From positions 1-64,000 of the IMG/VR virus record IMGVR_UViG_3300010885_017276: DNA of 64,000 nucleotides; one strand, written 5' to 3'. Under the pieces are notes generated by a model. It searched no databases, was not told where the DNA came from, and saw only the letters and a list, made by a program, of their open reading frames with translations. The stretch is from a virus. This document shows, piece after piece, positions 29,055 to 38,872 of this stretch. The position numbers and the translations under genes are program-made. Position 1 is the first letter of the stretch. Every line of letters starts with the position of its first letter.

Positions 29055-29552
29055 CAAAGATACAACACATATTTGAGATATGCAAGTAAGTTAACAAATA
29101 TTTAACTAGTAGTTATCTTGTATCTCTTTGATATTGTGAGTCATAGGTTGAAATCTAAATAAATTAAAAAAGTAAGATTCTGTCATTCTCGATAATATTC
29201 GGATTGTTAACACGGGGTTCATCTGGTAAACTCTGTATAAATCAAAAGAAAGATTACTGATAAAATCTTCGTTTTCGTCTAGATAACTTGTAGATACTAT
29301 TTTTTCTGAGACATCCTCCCATAATAGATCATAGAACTCTTCGTAAGATAGTTCTTGAAATTCTTGATATGTAAAATCTTTTACTGACATTTTATTTGGT
29401 TTTTATATTGTGCAAAGATAAGAAATATAAATGGAACTACCAAAAAGGTTAAACAAATAATTAACAAATTTGGGTAATTCAAAAGTTATTCTTAAATTTG
29501 CAAAATATTTTTAAAAAGTGCTTGCGTAATACAAATATTAGTATTATCTTTG
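29055..29552. promoter_or_regulatory. Divergent promoter cluster between virion and replication arms
   Basis: Minus TATCTTTG at 29055-62 and 29413-20; plus TAAATTTG 29493-500 and TATCTTTG 29545-52; each has (T/C)TTG about 20 nt upstream. Confidence 0.7.
29106..29390 (-). CDS. Hypothetical protein
   Basis: 94-aa acidic ORF behind the promoter at 29413-29444. Confidence 0.55.
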   Translation of the reverse strand: MSVKDFTYQEFQELSYEEFYDLLWEDVSEKIVSTSYLDENEDFISNLSFDLYRVYQMNPVLTIRILSRMTESYFFNLFRFQPMTHNIKEIQDNY

Positions 29553-29556
29553 CACT

Positions 29557-29880
29557 CAGAAAAATGGCGTGAGGCTATCCGAAAGGATTCACGTTGAGAT
29601 TAGGTAACTAGTCGAAGCTAAATGGAAGAGATGTGTATATCATTATACAATATTCGCCAGAGCATAGCTGTTTTTATGGTTTCAGCTAATTTTACGTAAG
29701 TAGGTAGTTAAATAAATAACACTGCCGAATAAGGACACTTTCAGTAATAAAACAAAAAACCTACAGTTGGTAATTGGATTCGGTGTTTTTCCTCAACTGG
29801 CCGTCCTCTCCTCTCTCTTTCTTATAAGAGGGGGGAGGGGGGGTGTTCTTTCACCTACCTGACCTTTTGTGCTGTTTTCT
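29557..29880 (+). ncRNA. Candidate structured non-coding RNA ending in a G6AG7 hairpin
   Basis: No substantial ORF; directly behind a promoter; TCC-GAAA-GGA tetraloop; 15-bp stem CCTCTCCTCTCTCTT/AAGAGGGGGGAGGGG with G-U pairs. Confidence 0.45.
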
Positions 29881-29960
29881 CCCCAGCAAACTGTTAAAAA
29901 AGTACCGTAATGTTTGTGTATATCAATTGCTTTTTGTATCTTTGTGGAAATATTTAGATT

Positions 29961-31328
29961 ATGTATAAATTAAGAGACTACCAATTGCAATCTGTAGACA
30001 AAGGATTAGAAATCTTAACAAGTAAAAATGCAAGAAAGGAAGTAATAGTATTGCCTACAGGTGCCGGTAAATCTATAGTTATAGCTAAGATAGTACAGTC
30101 ATTAGATGAGAACATAGTAGTTCTACAGCCTTCTAAAGAACTGCTTTTACAAAACTATGGTAAGTTTATAGATGTAGGAGGACAGGCATCACTGTTTTCA
30201 GCATCTGTTGGGGAGAAGGAGATAGGTAAAGTTACGTTTGCTACTATCGGCTCAATTATAAAGGCTTGTGATAAACTAAAAGAACTCAAGATAACAAAGT
30301 TGATAGTGGACGAAGCTCACATTGGAGTTAAGTCAGGTTCACAACTAAGAAAGCTTTTGAAACAAGTTGGTATTAAGAACGTATTAGGTCTAACAGCAAC
30401 ACCCTTTGTTTTAGAAAGCACAATGGAAGGAGCAGAACTCAAGATGTTGACAAGACTAAAAAACAAACTGTTTACTGATATATCGTATGTCTACCAAATA
30501 AAGCAAATGTTACAGAACGAGTATTGGACACCTTTACAGTATAAAGTGGTAAATCAAGACACCGACACTCTCAGGATAAATTCATCAGGTTCTGATTTTA
30601 CAGAGGATAGTATGCGTAAATACTATGAATCAAACGACTTGAGTGCTCAGATTGTAGAGTATGTTCAGAAGTCTTTGGATTATGGTAAGAGGTCTATCTT
30701 AGTATTTGTACCCTCAATAGAAGAATCTACTATGCTAGAAAGAAAGATTAAGTACTCAAAATCTGTGAGCTCTTTGACACCAAAAAAAGAAAGGGACGAA
30801 ATCATATCAGGTTTTAAAAAAGGTACCACAAAAGTAGTAATAAACGTAGGTATACTAACAACAGGATTTGACTACCCTGAACTAGATACAATAGTACTCG
30901 CTAGATCTACGATGTCTTTTGCTTTGTATTACCAAATGATAGGCAGAGGGGTAAGAATACACCCTGATAAAGACAAGACGTTAGTTATAGATCTTAGTGA
31001 AAACTACAATAGGTTCGGAAGAGTAGAACAATTTACTGTAGACTATGTAGAAGGATATGGGTGGGGGCTTTTTAGAGGTGAAGACTTGATTACAAACTAT
31101 CCAATAGAAGCTAAAAAAAGACCGCAGAAAAAGAACCTAACAAGAAAGATAGATTTGAATCAATCAGGCGAAGTTATTATGCCTTTTGGAAAACATAAAG
31201 GATCTACCTTGTCTGAATTAATAGTAAAAGAAAAGAGCTATCTTGTTTGGATATACGAGAATGTAAATTTTAGTAGTGACAAATCAAAACTTAAAAAAGA
31301 AATAGAAAGGTTGTTAAACTTATCTTAA
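29961..31328 (+). CDS. SF2 DEAH-box helicase (RadD/UvsW-like)
   Basis: LRDYQ, PTGAGKS, DEAH, GLTATP, LTTGFDYP, QMIGRG; C-terminal MPFGKHKG. Confidence 0.92.
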   Translation: MYKLRDYQLQSVDKGLEILTSKNARKEVIVLPTGAGKSIVIAKIVQSLDENIVVLQPSKELLLQNYGKFIDVGGQASLFSASVGEKEIGKVTFATIGSIIKACDKLKELKITKLIVDEAHIGVKSGSQLRKLLKQVGIKNVLGLTATPFVLESTMEGAELKMLTRLKNKLFTDISYVYQIKQMLQNEYWTPLQYKVVNQDTDTLRINSSGSDFTEDSMRKYYESNDLSAQIVEYVQKSLDYGKRSILVFVPSIEESTMLERKIKYSKSVSSLTPKKERDEIISGFKKGTTKVVINVGILTTGFDYPELDTIVLARSTMSFALYYQMIGRGVRIHPDKDKTLVIDLSENYNRFGRVEQFTVDYVEGYGWGLFRGEDLITNYPIEAKKRPQKKNLTRKIDLNQSGEVIMPFGKHKGSTLSELIVKEKSYLVWIYENVNFSSDKSKLKKEIERLLNLS

Positions 31329-31387
31329 TTATATTGCAAGATTCAAATATATTTTATAACTTTGTGCAATAATTTAAAAACCAAAAA

Positions 31388-32371
31388 ATGGCAGAAGAAA
31401 GAGATCCCTTATTAGACGTATTGGCTAGTATGGATAAACGCTTTGGAAAAGGTGCGGTAATCGTAGGAGATACTGTTATTCAAACCGAAAGACAAAGCAC
31501 AGGTTCATTAGGAATGGATATTATTACTGGTGGTGGCTGGGGAAAAGGTAGAATGGTCGAGATTTACGGCCCTGAAAGCTCAGGTAAGACTACCCTATGT
31601 ATTCACACAATGATACAAGCACAAAAGGATAACCCTGATAAACGTGTTGCTTTTATAGATGCAGAGCACGCCTTTGATAGAAACTATGCAGAGCACCTTG
31701 GACTAGATATGTCACAAGTTATAATCTCACAACCAGACAGTGGAGAACAAGCCCTAGAGATCGCTGAGGCATTAATTACCTCAGGTAAGATTTCTGTGTG
31801 TGTTATAGATTCAGTGGCTGCGTTGACTCCTAAGAGCGAAATAGAAGGCGAAATGGGCGATTCTAAGATGGGGCTACACGCTCGTTTGATGTCACAAGCC
31901 TGTAGAAAACTAACAGGTGTAGTAAGTAGAACAAACACAGTCCTTTTATGGACAAACCAAATACGAATGAAGATTGGTGTTATGTTCGGTAGCCCTGAAA
32001 CAGTGCCTGGAGGAGAAGCTTTGAAGTTTTATGCCTCTACTCGTGTTGATATTCGTAAAAGTAAAGGGGATGAAGACAAGGACGGTAATGTTATTAACAG
32101 TCACGTAAAAGCAAAGACTGTCAAGAATAAATTAGCTGCACCTTTTCAAGTTACTAAGTTTGATATTATTTTTGGAGAGGGTATTGACAGAACAAGCGAG
32201 ATCTTGGCAATTGGCGAAGATATCGGCATTATAGAAAAGAAAGGTTCTTGGTTTAACTACGGTGAAACTAAACTAGGTCAAGGTGGTAATAACGTAAAAG
32301 ACATTTTGAAAGACAACCCGGAATTAGCTGAAGAGATCGAGGTAAAAATCAGAAAACACTTTAATATTTAG
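31388..32371 (+). CDS. recA: RecA recombinase
   Basis: GPESSGKTT, FIDAEHA, IDSVAAL, EIEGEMGD, ARLMSQA, GGEALKFYAS. Confidence 0.97.
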   Translation: MAEERDPLLDVLASMDKRFGKGAVIVGDTVIQTERQSTGSLGMDIITGGGWGKGRMVEIYGPESSGKTTLCIHTMIQAQKDNPDKRVAFIDAEHAFDRNYAEHLGLDMSQVIISQPDSGEQALEIAEALITSGKISVCVIDSVAALTPKSEIEGEMGDSKMGLHARLMSQACRKLTGVVSRTNTVLLWTNQIRMKIGVMFGSPETVPGGEALKFYASTRVDIRKSKGDEDKDGNVINSHVKAKTVKNKLAAPFQVTKFDIIFGEGIDRTSEILAIGEDIGIIEKKGSWFNYGETKLGQGGNNVKDILKDNPELAEEIEVKIRKHFNI

Positions 32372-32373
32372 TT

Positions 32374-32838
32374 ATGTCAGTACACAGTTGGATGTATCAA
32401 GGTTACCACATTAATAGTATTGATGATATGAAGAGATATTGCCCCAAGGTTTGGGGCTTTGTCTATAAACTAAAGCTTTGTAAAAAGAATACTAACGAAG
32501 TAGAGTTTGAGTATATAGGTAAAAAAAATATCTACTCTAAACGTAAACGGGTTTTTGGTAAAAATGAAACCCTAGCTTTGAAAGACAAGCGTAAAAAAAA
32601 TTACGAGTATATTATCAAAGAAGCAGACTGGAAAAATTACCTTTCTAGCAATAAGTTCATACAAACTAACGCTTCTAAGTTTGACATCTTTCGTGATATA
32701 GTTATGTTTTCTACTAATGATAATGATTTGACTTATCAAGAAGCAAAAGAAATAATATGCTCAGACGCTTTGAACGACTGTAGATATTTGAACGATGGAG
32801 TAAGTATAAGAAGATTTGGTAAAAATATAATAGATTAA
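32374..32838 (+). CDS. GIY-YIG-like putative endonuclease
   Basis: GFVY...YIGKK...DWKNY.SS motif. Confidence 0.6.
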   Translation: MSVHSWMYQGYHINSIDDMKRYCPKVWGFVYKLKLCKKNTNEVEFEYIGKKNIYSKRKRVFGKNETLALKDKRKKNYEYIIKEADWKNYLSSNKFIQTNASKFDIFRDIVMFSTNDNDLTYQEAKEIICSDALNDCRYLNDGVSIRRFGKNIID

Positions 32839-33524
32839 TGAAAACAGCAACACCCAAAGCAAAGCCGGTAAGAGAGCCCAGGATTATAAAGAACGATATT
32901 AAGTATAAGGTAGTTCTTGATGAAGACCAAAAGAAAGTAAAAGAATCAATATTCGCAAGTGAAATTGTAGTAATTACAGGATATGCAGGTTCAGGAAAGT
33001 CCTTAGTTACAGCACAGACAGTATTAGACCTAGTATTCAAAAAGCAAGCCTACAATATATATGTTACTCGATCTGCTGTTGAGGTAGGTAAGTCCTTAGG
33101 GTTTCTCCCTGGTGAATTAGCAGATAAATTTGACCCCTATATCGAAGCATTCCGAGATAATTTGTACAAATGCTATGATAAGGATAAAGTGGACAAGCAT
33201 ATCAAAGATGGTCAAATACAAGGATTACCAGTACAGTATATACGTGGTAAAACAATTGATGGGGGTCAGATACTAGTAGTGGAGGAAGCCCAAAACTTGA
33301 CAAAGCACGAGATGCTAGCTATTCTGACACGCCTAGGAAAAGGCGGTAAGATTATTATCAACGGAGATAACGAGCAGAGTGATATTAAAGATACATACAC
33401 AGGTCTACATTACGTTATGGATCTAGCCAAGGCTATACCTGAGATAAAGTGGCATAAGTTGAAGTCAAATCACAGGTCTGAACTTATTTCTAAAATTTTA
33501 GACTACGAACATAAAAAAAAGTAA
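32838..33524 (+). CDS. phoH: PhoH-like ATPase
   Basis: GYAGSGKS, LGFLPG, IRGKT, EEAQN, LTRLG, GDNEQSD, HRS. Confidence 0.92.
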   Translation: MKTATPKAKPVREPRIIKNDIKYKVVLDEDQKKVKESIFASEIVVITGYAGSGKSLVTAQTVLDLVFKKQAYNIYVTRSAVEVGKSLGFLPGELADKFDPYIEAFRDNLYKCYDKDKVDKHIKDGQIQGLPVQYIRGKTIDGGQILVVEEAQNLTKHEMLAILTRLGKGGKIIINGDNEQSDIKDTYTGLHYVMDLAKAIPEIKWHKLKSNHRSELISKILDYEHKKK

Positions 33525-33579
33525 AATAGATTTGGTAGATTAAAATATTTTTTGTACCTTTGTAGAGAAATTAAAAGAT

Positions 33580-33801
33580 ATGAGCGAAGAAGTAGTTTTC
33601 CAGTACTTTTTAAACGGAGAAAAAGTAGATAGAGAGATGATACCGTGGGGTGTAGACCACACCATAAAAGTATTAGATAGTACAGTTTATGTGACAACAA
33701 CCACATTTTCAGAAGGTTATCTAGCAACAAGGCATAAGGCTCCACCGGGAGGATTTGTTAATAAAACAAAAAAAGAAAAAGATGGTAAAGAAAAAGAGTA
33801 A
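33580..33801 (+). CDS. Hypothetical protein
   Basis: 73-aa ORF behind promoter TTTG-N20-TACCTTTG. Confidence 0.5.
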   Translation: MSEEVVFQYFLNGEKVDREMIPWGVDHTIKVLDSTVYVTTTTFSEGYLATRHKAPPGGFVNKTKKEKDGKEKE

Positions 33802-34216
33802 TAGCATTGATCAATTTATTACACTTACGGTTATAAAGGCAAATATAAAAAAAGAAACAAAAGACAAACTTTTGGATTTGTTTAATAGACCTCTTGATAA
33901 TATAGAACCCATCAAAGACTCTTACGGAAGAGACGCAGATTTCTACAAAGACCTTGGAGTTGAACCTCCTGAAGAATTTACAATAGATTACGAAGACGAA
34001 GACTTTGAAGAGAGTACTTTTGAGATCGGAAAAGACGACTACGAAATTGTAGAAAGAACTGGTAAGTTCAGACCAGAAATAATCTCTTTTATTGTTGATA
34101 ACCAAGATACTGGTAGTACACTGTACATAAAATCAGACTTTTCTATCTCAGTAAAAGAGACCGCAGAAGAAATTGAACAAAAAATAAAATTAGTACAAAC
34201 CCAAAAAGAAAATTAA
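33782..34216 (+). CDS. Hypothetical protein with FlbD-like C-terminus
   Basis: Acidic; ends STLYI...ISVKETAEEIEQKI. Confidence 0.55.
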   Translation: MVKKKSNSIDQFITLTVIKANIKKETKDKLLDLFNRPLDNIEPIKDSYGRDADFYKDLGVEPPEEFTIDYEDEDFEESTFEIGKDDYEIVERTGKFRPEIISFIVDNQDTGSTLYIKSDFSISVKETAEEIEQKIKLVQTQKEN

Positions 34217-34217
34217 A

Positions 34218-34925
34218 ATGACGTACAACAATTATTCATTCAGCTTAGGTAAAGGTAAATTTTACTTAAAAAGCAAAACTCCACAACAAGGTTACGAAGA
34301 AGTAATCTATGGAATGGAAAAAGACAAAGTAACATACCACAGGTATGTAGACAACATTAAAGGCACCTTGAAATACTTTGATGTGAAAGAAGTAGACTAC
34401 CAAGGAAAAAAACTTTCTTTTCTAGAAGTTAGTTTGGTTGACGGAGAAGTATCTAATAAAGTTTCTGTACCTTTGAAAAACTCAAAAGGAAACTACACAG
34501 ATGAAGTTAAGGCTATCTTGTCGTCTTTGAATAACGCAGAGGTAGGTGATGAGTACACAATGGCTATGCGTAAGACAGCGACTGTTGGTAAAAACGGAAA
34601 AGAGTATATAAACATTGTTTGTTACTTGAATTATGTAAACCAATTAGACGCAAACGGCAAAGGTGTATCAACAGGATATATCTCTTATGAAGATGTACCA
34701 AAACCAGAAAAGGATGAAGACGAAGATCTTGGAACTACTTGGAATTGGAAACCTGTTAACAAGTTCTACGCACAAAAAGTAAAAGAGATTCAAGCTAAGT
34801 TTCCAACTTATGCAAAAGCAGAAACTCCACAAGCAGAAGTAGTGCAAGAGACAGTACCTGCACCTGCAGTTGCTCAAGAGATTGCATTCCCAATGTTGGA
34901 AGAAGATGATGATTTACCTTTTTAA
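34218..34925 (+). CDS. Putative single-stranded DNA-binding protein
   Basis: Beta-rich core, flexible linker, acidic C-terminal EEDDDLPF tail. Confidence 0.65.
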   Translation: MTYNNYSFSLGKGKFYLKSKTPQQGYEEVIYGMEKDKVTYHRYVDNIKGTLKYFDVKEVDYQGKKLSFLEVSLVDGEVSNKVSVPLKNSKGNYTDEVKAILSSLNNAEVGDEYTMAMRKTATVGKNGKEYINIVCYLNYVNQLDANGKGVSTGYISYEDVPKPEKDEDEDLGTTWNWKPVNKFYAQKVKEIQAKFPTYAKAETPQAEVVQETVPAPAVAQEIAFPMLEEDDDLPF

Positions 34926-34956
34926 TAATATTAATAAACAATAACAGTAAATAAAA

Positions 34957-35361
34957 ATGACAACAGAACAAAAAAACCCAATGGATTACGGTTACTTAGG
35001 AACTGAAGAAGTAACAATTACATCAGCAGAGTTTATGCTATTGAAGCGTGCAGTAGAGCACGGTATTAATGCTACCTTAGAGACTTACTTACCAGAAGTT
35101 ACAAAATATGTTAACATAGAGACTTCTGAATTAGTAGATGAGTTTACTGAAGAAGACTTGACATCAGGCAAAATTGTATTAGTGACAGATAGAGAGGCTA
35201 CATTTAGTCCTAAAAATGTTAAATACCAGTATAACTCAAAGATTACTCCGGATATGGTTCAAAGCCAAGAGCTTATTATGAAGATCCATGAGAGAAATGT
35301 AGAAATGGGTATAGCTAAAAGTGTAGAAGAATTAGAAGCTTTAAAAGAAGAAAAAAAATAG
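34957..35361 (+). CDS. Hypothetical protein
   Basis: 134-aa ORF in operon. Confidence 0.6.
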   Translation: MTTEQKNPMDYGYLGTEEVTITSAEFMLLKRAVEHGINATLETYLPEVTKYVNIETSELVDEFTEEDLTSGKIVLVTDREATFSPKNVKYQYNSKITPDMVQSQELIMKIHERNVEMGIAKSVEELEALKEEKK

Positions 35362-35670
35362 ATGAAAGGACATGAGGTAATCTCTCTGTACTTGAAACAA
35401 AATCTAAGTCTTATAAAAGAGCAATTGGGGGAGGGGTGTAAGCATCTCTCCTTTTCTAAGGAAAAATCATTTAATCCTGAGACTAATCAATACGAGACGT
35501 ATGATGCTTTTGACGCAGTGATGTATAATGATTTTAATGGTACAGACAGAGTGAAATACAGAATAGACAAACCTCTTGCACAATTGAACCAAGATGATTT
35601 TCACAGTCTTATGTTTAATCTAAATAGCAGATCTTATGAAGGAGATGGAGGAAATAGAGAGACAGTATAA
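35362..35670 (+). CDS. Hypothetical protein
   Basis: 102-aa ORF in operon. Confidence 0.55.
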   Translation: MKGHEVISLYLKQNLSLIKEQLGEGCKHLSFSKEKSFNPETNQYETYDAFDAVMYNDFNGTDRVKYRIDKPLAQLNQDDFHSLMFNLNSRSYEGDGGNRETV

Positions 35671-35830
35671 CATGTTTGTCGATACAGGGGATTTAAGATT
35701 ATTATTTCCCTCTATGACAGGCACTTGGGAAAAAGACAAAAGAAGATTTACTATTTTATGGCAAGATAGTCAAAGATTGTTAGAGGACGCAGGAGATTTT
35801 TACGTAGAAAACATAAATACAGAAGAATAA
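35636..35830 (+). CDS. Hypothetical protein
   Basis: 64-aa ORF with LFPSMTGTWEKDK motif. Confidence 0.55.
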   Translation: MKEMEEIERQYNMFVDTGDLRLLFPSMTGTWEKDKRRFTILWQDSQRLLEDAGDFYVENINTEE

Positions 35831-35833
35831 AAG

Positions 35834-37375
35834 ATGTTACAAATAGGAAAAGAAGCTAAAGAATCTTTAGTAAGAGGTATAAACACTGTTGCAGATGCAG
35901 TCAAGACCACAATGGGTGCAGAAGGCAAGACAGTAATTATCAGAAACAAGATGGGGTTCAACCCACATGTTACGAAGGATGGAGTTACCGTTGCTGAAAG
36001 TATTGAATTAGAAGATGAGTACGAAGAGCTTGGAGCCAAGCTGATTAAGTCTGCAGCACGAAGAACTGTTGACATGGTTGGTGATGGAACTACAACATCT
36101 ACTGTTATCACACAAGAACTAGTAAACAAAGGCCTAGAAAAATTAGAAAGCGGTATGTCTCACGTTGAGCTACGTGAAGGAATGCAAATAGGCCTGCAAG
36201 ATGTTATCGTTGCACTTCATTCTTTGAAGAAGGAAGTTCACGACAAAGAAATAAAGCAAATTGCTACGATCTCTGCAAACAACGATGTTGTTCTTGGTGG
36301 TATCATTGCTGATATTTACAAAAAGATTGGCTCTGAGGGGACTATAGACGTTCAGGAGGGTGTAAGTAAGGATACAGATGTAGCTTATATCGAAGGCATG
36401 TCTTTAGACAGAGGATGGGCGTTACCCCACTTTGTTACAGACGAGCATACAATGACAGCTATGATGGAAGACGTATTAGTTATGATTTATGATGGTAAGA
36501 TTAATGCTATTACTGATGTAGCCAGTTCTGTTAGGAAAGCACAAGCAGAAGGTAAAGGGTTGTTAATTTTTGCTGAGGATATTGACGAAGGTGTTATGAC
36601 TATGCTTGTTAAGAGTAAGATGCAAGGTACCTTCAGAGTTGTAGCCTGTATGAATCCTGATTTTGGAGCTAACAGAACTAACATTTTGAATGACTTAGCT
36701 GTTTTTACCTCAGCCGAGGTGTTTACTCCTAAGTTTTCTACTGAGGTTAAGCTAGGTTTTGCTAAAAAGATCATTGCTGACAAATCAAGAACAGTTGTAA
36801 TTGTAGAGGATACCGATACAGCCAAATTAAAGGAAAGAATCGAGACTATTTCACAACAAATCCAGAATACAGACGATGTTATAGACCTAGATAAGCTTAA
36901 TAAACGAATGGCTAACCTAAAGAACTCAGTTGCGGTGGTCACTGTTGGAGGTATGAATGGATTAGAGGTCAAAGAACGTAAGGATCGGATTGATGATGCG
37001 GTAAGTGCAGTTAAATCTGCTTTAGAAGGTGGATTTGTAGCTGGTGGAGGTTCAACATTGTTGTTTATTTCTAAGTATAGAATGCGTAGAACCCTGAAAG
37101 GTGGTCAAAAAGACGGTTACAGCTTGATCAAGGAGGCTATCCAGAAGCCGTTTGAGCAAATCTTGTTGAATGCAGGTCTTGAAAAGGACAAGTACTCCCG
37201 TAAGGTTAGCAAATATGGCAAAGGTGTCAATGTTAAGACTCGTAAGGTCGAAAACTTGCTAGACAAAGGTGTTATTGACTCTGCTAAGGTGGTAGAGGTG
37301 TCTCTAGAGAACGCAAATTCTATTGCTTGCTTGGTTCTACAGACAGATTGTTTAATTTCAGGTAAAGGTTTATAG
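35834..37375 (+). CDS. groEL: Chaperonin GroEL
   Basis: VTKDGVTVA, GDGTTT, IATISAN, ERKDRIDDA, GFVAGGG, GVIDSAKV; no GGM tail. Confidence 0.95.
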   Translation: MLQIGKEAKESLVRGINTVADAVKTTMGAEGKTVIIRNKMGFNPHVTKDGVTVAESIELEDEYEELGAKLIKSAARRTVDMVGDGTTTSTVITQELVNKGLEKLESGMSHVELREGMQIGLQDVIVALHSLKKEVHDKEIKQIATISANNDVVLGGIIADIYKKIGSEGTIDVQEGVSKDTDVAYIEGMSLDRGWALPHFVTDEHTMTAMMEDVLVMIYDGKINAITDVASSVRKAQAEGKGLLIFAEDIDEGVMTMLVKSKMQGTFRVVACMNPDFGANRTNILNDLAVFTSAEVFTPKFSTEVKLGFAKKIIADKSRTVVIVEDTDTAKLKERIETISQQIQNTDDVIDLDKLNKRMANLKNSVAVVTVGGMNGLEVKERKDRIDDAVSAVKSALEGGFVAGGGSTLLFISKYRMRRTLKGGQKDGYSLIKEAIQKPFEQILLNAGLEKDKYSRKVSKYGKGVNVKTRKVENLLDKGVIDSAKVVEVSLENANSIACLVLQTDCLISGKGL

Positions 37376-37376
37376 T

Positions 37377-37628
37377 ATGGGCATACCATTATTCAAAAGA
37401 GTATTACTAGCAGTTGAAAAGCTAGAAGAAAACAAGGACTTCTTTTCCGAGGAAGAGACAAAAAAACCAAAGGTTACCATTATAAGTATGGCGGATGATT
37501 GTGACTTGCCAAAGTCAGCTATTGGAAGAGAGGTCCTATTTAATGGTGTTATCAACGAGGTGGTAGAGGAAGACGACAAGCAAAAGGTTGTTTTGACTCA
37601 CGAAACTAATCTGTTGATGTTGGTCTAG
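37377..37628 (+). CDS. Divergent co-chaperonin GroES-like protein
   Basis: 83 aa right after groEL; PLFKRVLL..., IGREVLF, ETNLLMLV echo GroES PLxDRV/GDxVLF/ExDILA. Confidence 0.6.
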   Translation: MGIPLFKRVLLAVEKLEENKDFFSEEETKKPKVTIISMADDCDLPKSAIGREVLFNGVINEVVEEDDKQKVVLTHETNLLMLV

Positions 37629-37630
37629 AG

Positions 37631-37864
37631 ATGAAAAAGAGTTTTATCCAGATGGTAAATAAGCATGGTAACGGTAACTACCCAATGGATTGGTTTTACC
37701 GTTACTTTACTGAAAAGTCCAATAGTAGACTAGACCCTAATATATTTGCACAATTGTTTATTAGTCTAAATCTAGACGAGACTCTGGCACATGTAGCTAA
37801 GGAGCTAGGAGTTGGAATAGTATATAAAGGCGACAAGATAGTTGCAGCATTTGAATTATCATGA
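37631..37864 (+). CDS. Hypothetical protein
   Basis: 77-aa ORF in operon. Confidence 0.55.
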   Translation: MKKSFIQMVNKHGNGNYPMDWFYRYFTEKSNSRLDPNIFAQLFISLNLDETLAHVAKELGVGIVYKGDKIVAAFELS

Positions 37865-38388
37865 AAAAAGAAAGAAAAGAGTTAGTAGTTGTAAAGGAGG
37901 AAGAGTACAGATTGATGAACAATCTTGTGGTGGATCTACTAGAGAAAAATCATAACTCCGAGAACACAACAATAGTAGCAGTATCTACTGACTACTCGTC
38001 TATGATAGGTCAGTACCTACGTCACCAGTTATCGATTAATGGTGAGATATGTTCGGGCTTTGGGGTGGATGTACCATACCCAGACCAGGAATTTGACCAG
38101 GAGTTTGAGCAAGCAGTTGTAGATATGTTTTCTATGTATTACCATGACTGGTCCAAAAAGAAATATATCCTTCTGGTAGAAGCAGGCGTAATAAGAGGAG
38201 GCAACTACACAAAAATAGTCGAGATTCTAAGGAAAAACTTCCAACTGTTACCAGACCGTGTGATAACTCTGACGATGTACGAGAACATTCATAGTAAGTT
38301 CAAGTCAAACTTTGTCGGGGAGTACTACGACAACGAAACACAAGACCTGACCTTCTGGTGGGAAAACTATAACAAGCACTGGGACTAA
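37861..38388 (+). CDS. Phosphoribosyltransferase-fold protein
   Basis: ILLVEAGVIRGGNY resembles the PRPP loop; C-terminal FWWE. Confidence 0.55.
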   Translation: MKKERKELVVVKEEEYRLMNNLVVDLLEKNHNSENTTIVAVSTDYSSMIGQYLRHQLSINGEICSGFGVDVPYPDQEFDQEFEQAVVDMFSMYYHDWSKKKYILLVEAGVIRGGNYTKIVEILRKNFQLLPDRVITLTMYENIHSKFKSNFVGEYYDNETQDLTFWWENYNKHWD

Positions 38389-38392
38389 TATA

Positions 38393-38809
38393 ATGGAACT
38401 TATATCAACGCATCCGATCAAGAAGTCTGATCTAGGTTTCCACGGTAATCTTTTTGGGGGTAAGCTATTAGCATGGATGGACGCAGCAGCCGCAGCATTT
38501 GCAATGCAGACTTGCGATACTCCCAGGATGGTTACAGTTATGATAGATAAGTGTTTGTTCAAAAAACCAGCAAAGGAAGGACAGCTAATCAAGATATACG
38601 GAGAAGTATCCCAGATAGGTAACACATCCATTACAATATATATGGAGGCTCGGTCTCACAATGTATATTCAGGACTACAGTCTACTATACTTTCGACAGA
38701 GATGAAGTTTGTAAGAATAGACGAGGGGGGAGACCCAATACCAATCTTAGAAAAGGTAAAAATAAAATACAGTCAGGTGGCGAAATTGGTAGACGCAGAT
38801 CGTAGGTAG
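38393..38809 (+). CDS. Acyl-CoA thioesterase (hotdog fold, YciA-like)
   Basis: DLGFHGNLFGGKLLAWMDAAA, VT...FKKP, GNTS, FVRIDE.G.P. Confidence 0.88.
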   Translation: MELISTHPIKKSDLGFHGNLFGGKLLAWMDAAAAAFAMQTCDTPRMVTVMIDKCLFKKPAKEGQLIKIYGEVSQIGNTSITIYMEARSHNVYSGLQSTILSTEMKFVRIDEGGDPIPILEKVKIKYSQVAKLVDADRR

Positions 38810-38870
38810 CATCATTTACAATCAGCCTTAAACGTGGTAAATATTATAGGTTCGAATCCTATCCTGACAA
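38771..38870 (+). pseudogene. tRNA-like element without a canonical anticodon arm
   Basis: GTCAGG/CCTGAC acceptor, GGCGAAATTGGTAGACGC D-arm, ATAGG-TTCGAAT-CCTAT T-arm; middle ~49 nt has no 7-nt anticodon loop. Confidence 0.6.
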
Positions 38871-38872
38871 AC

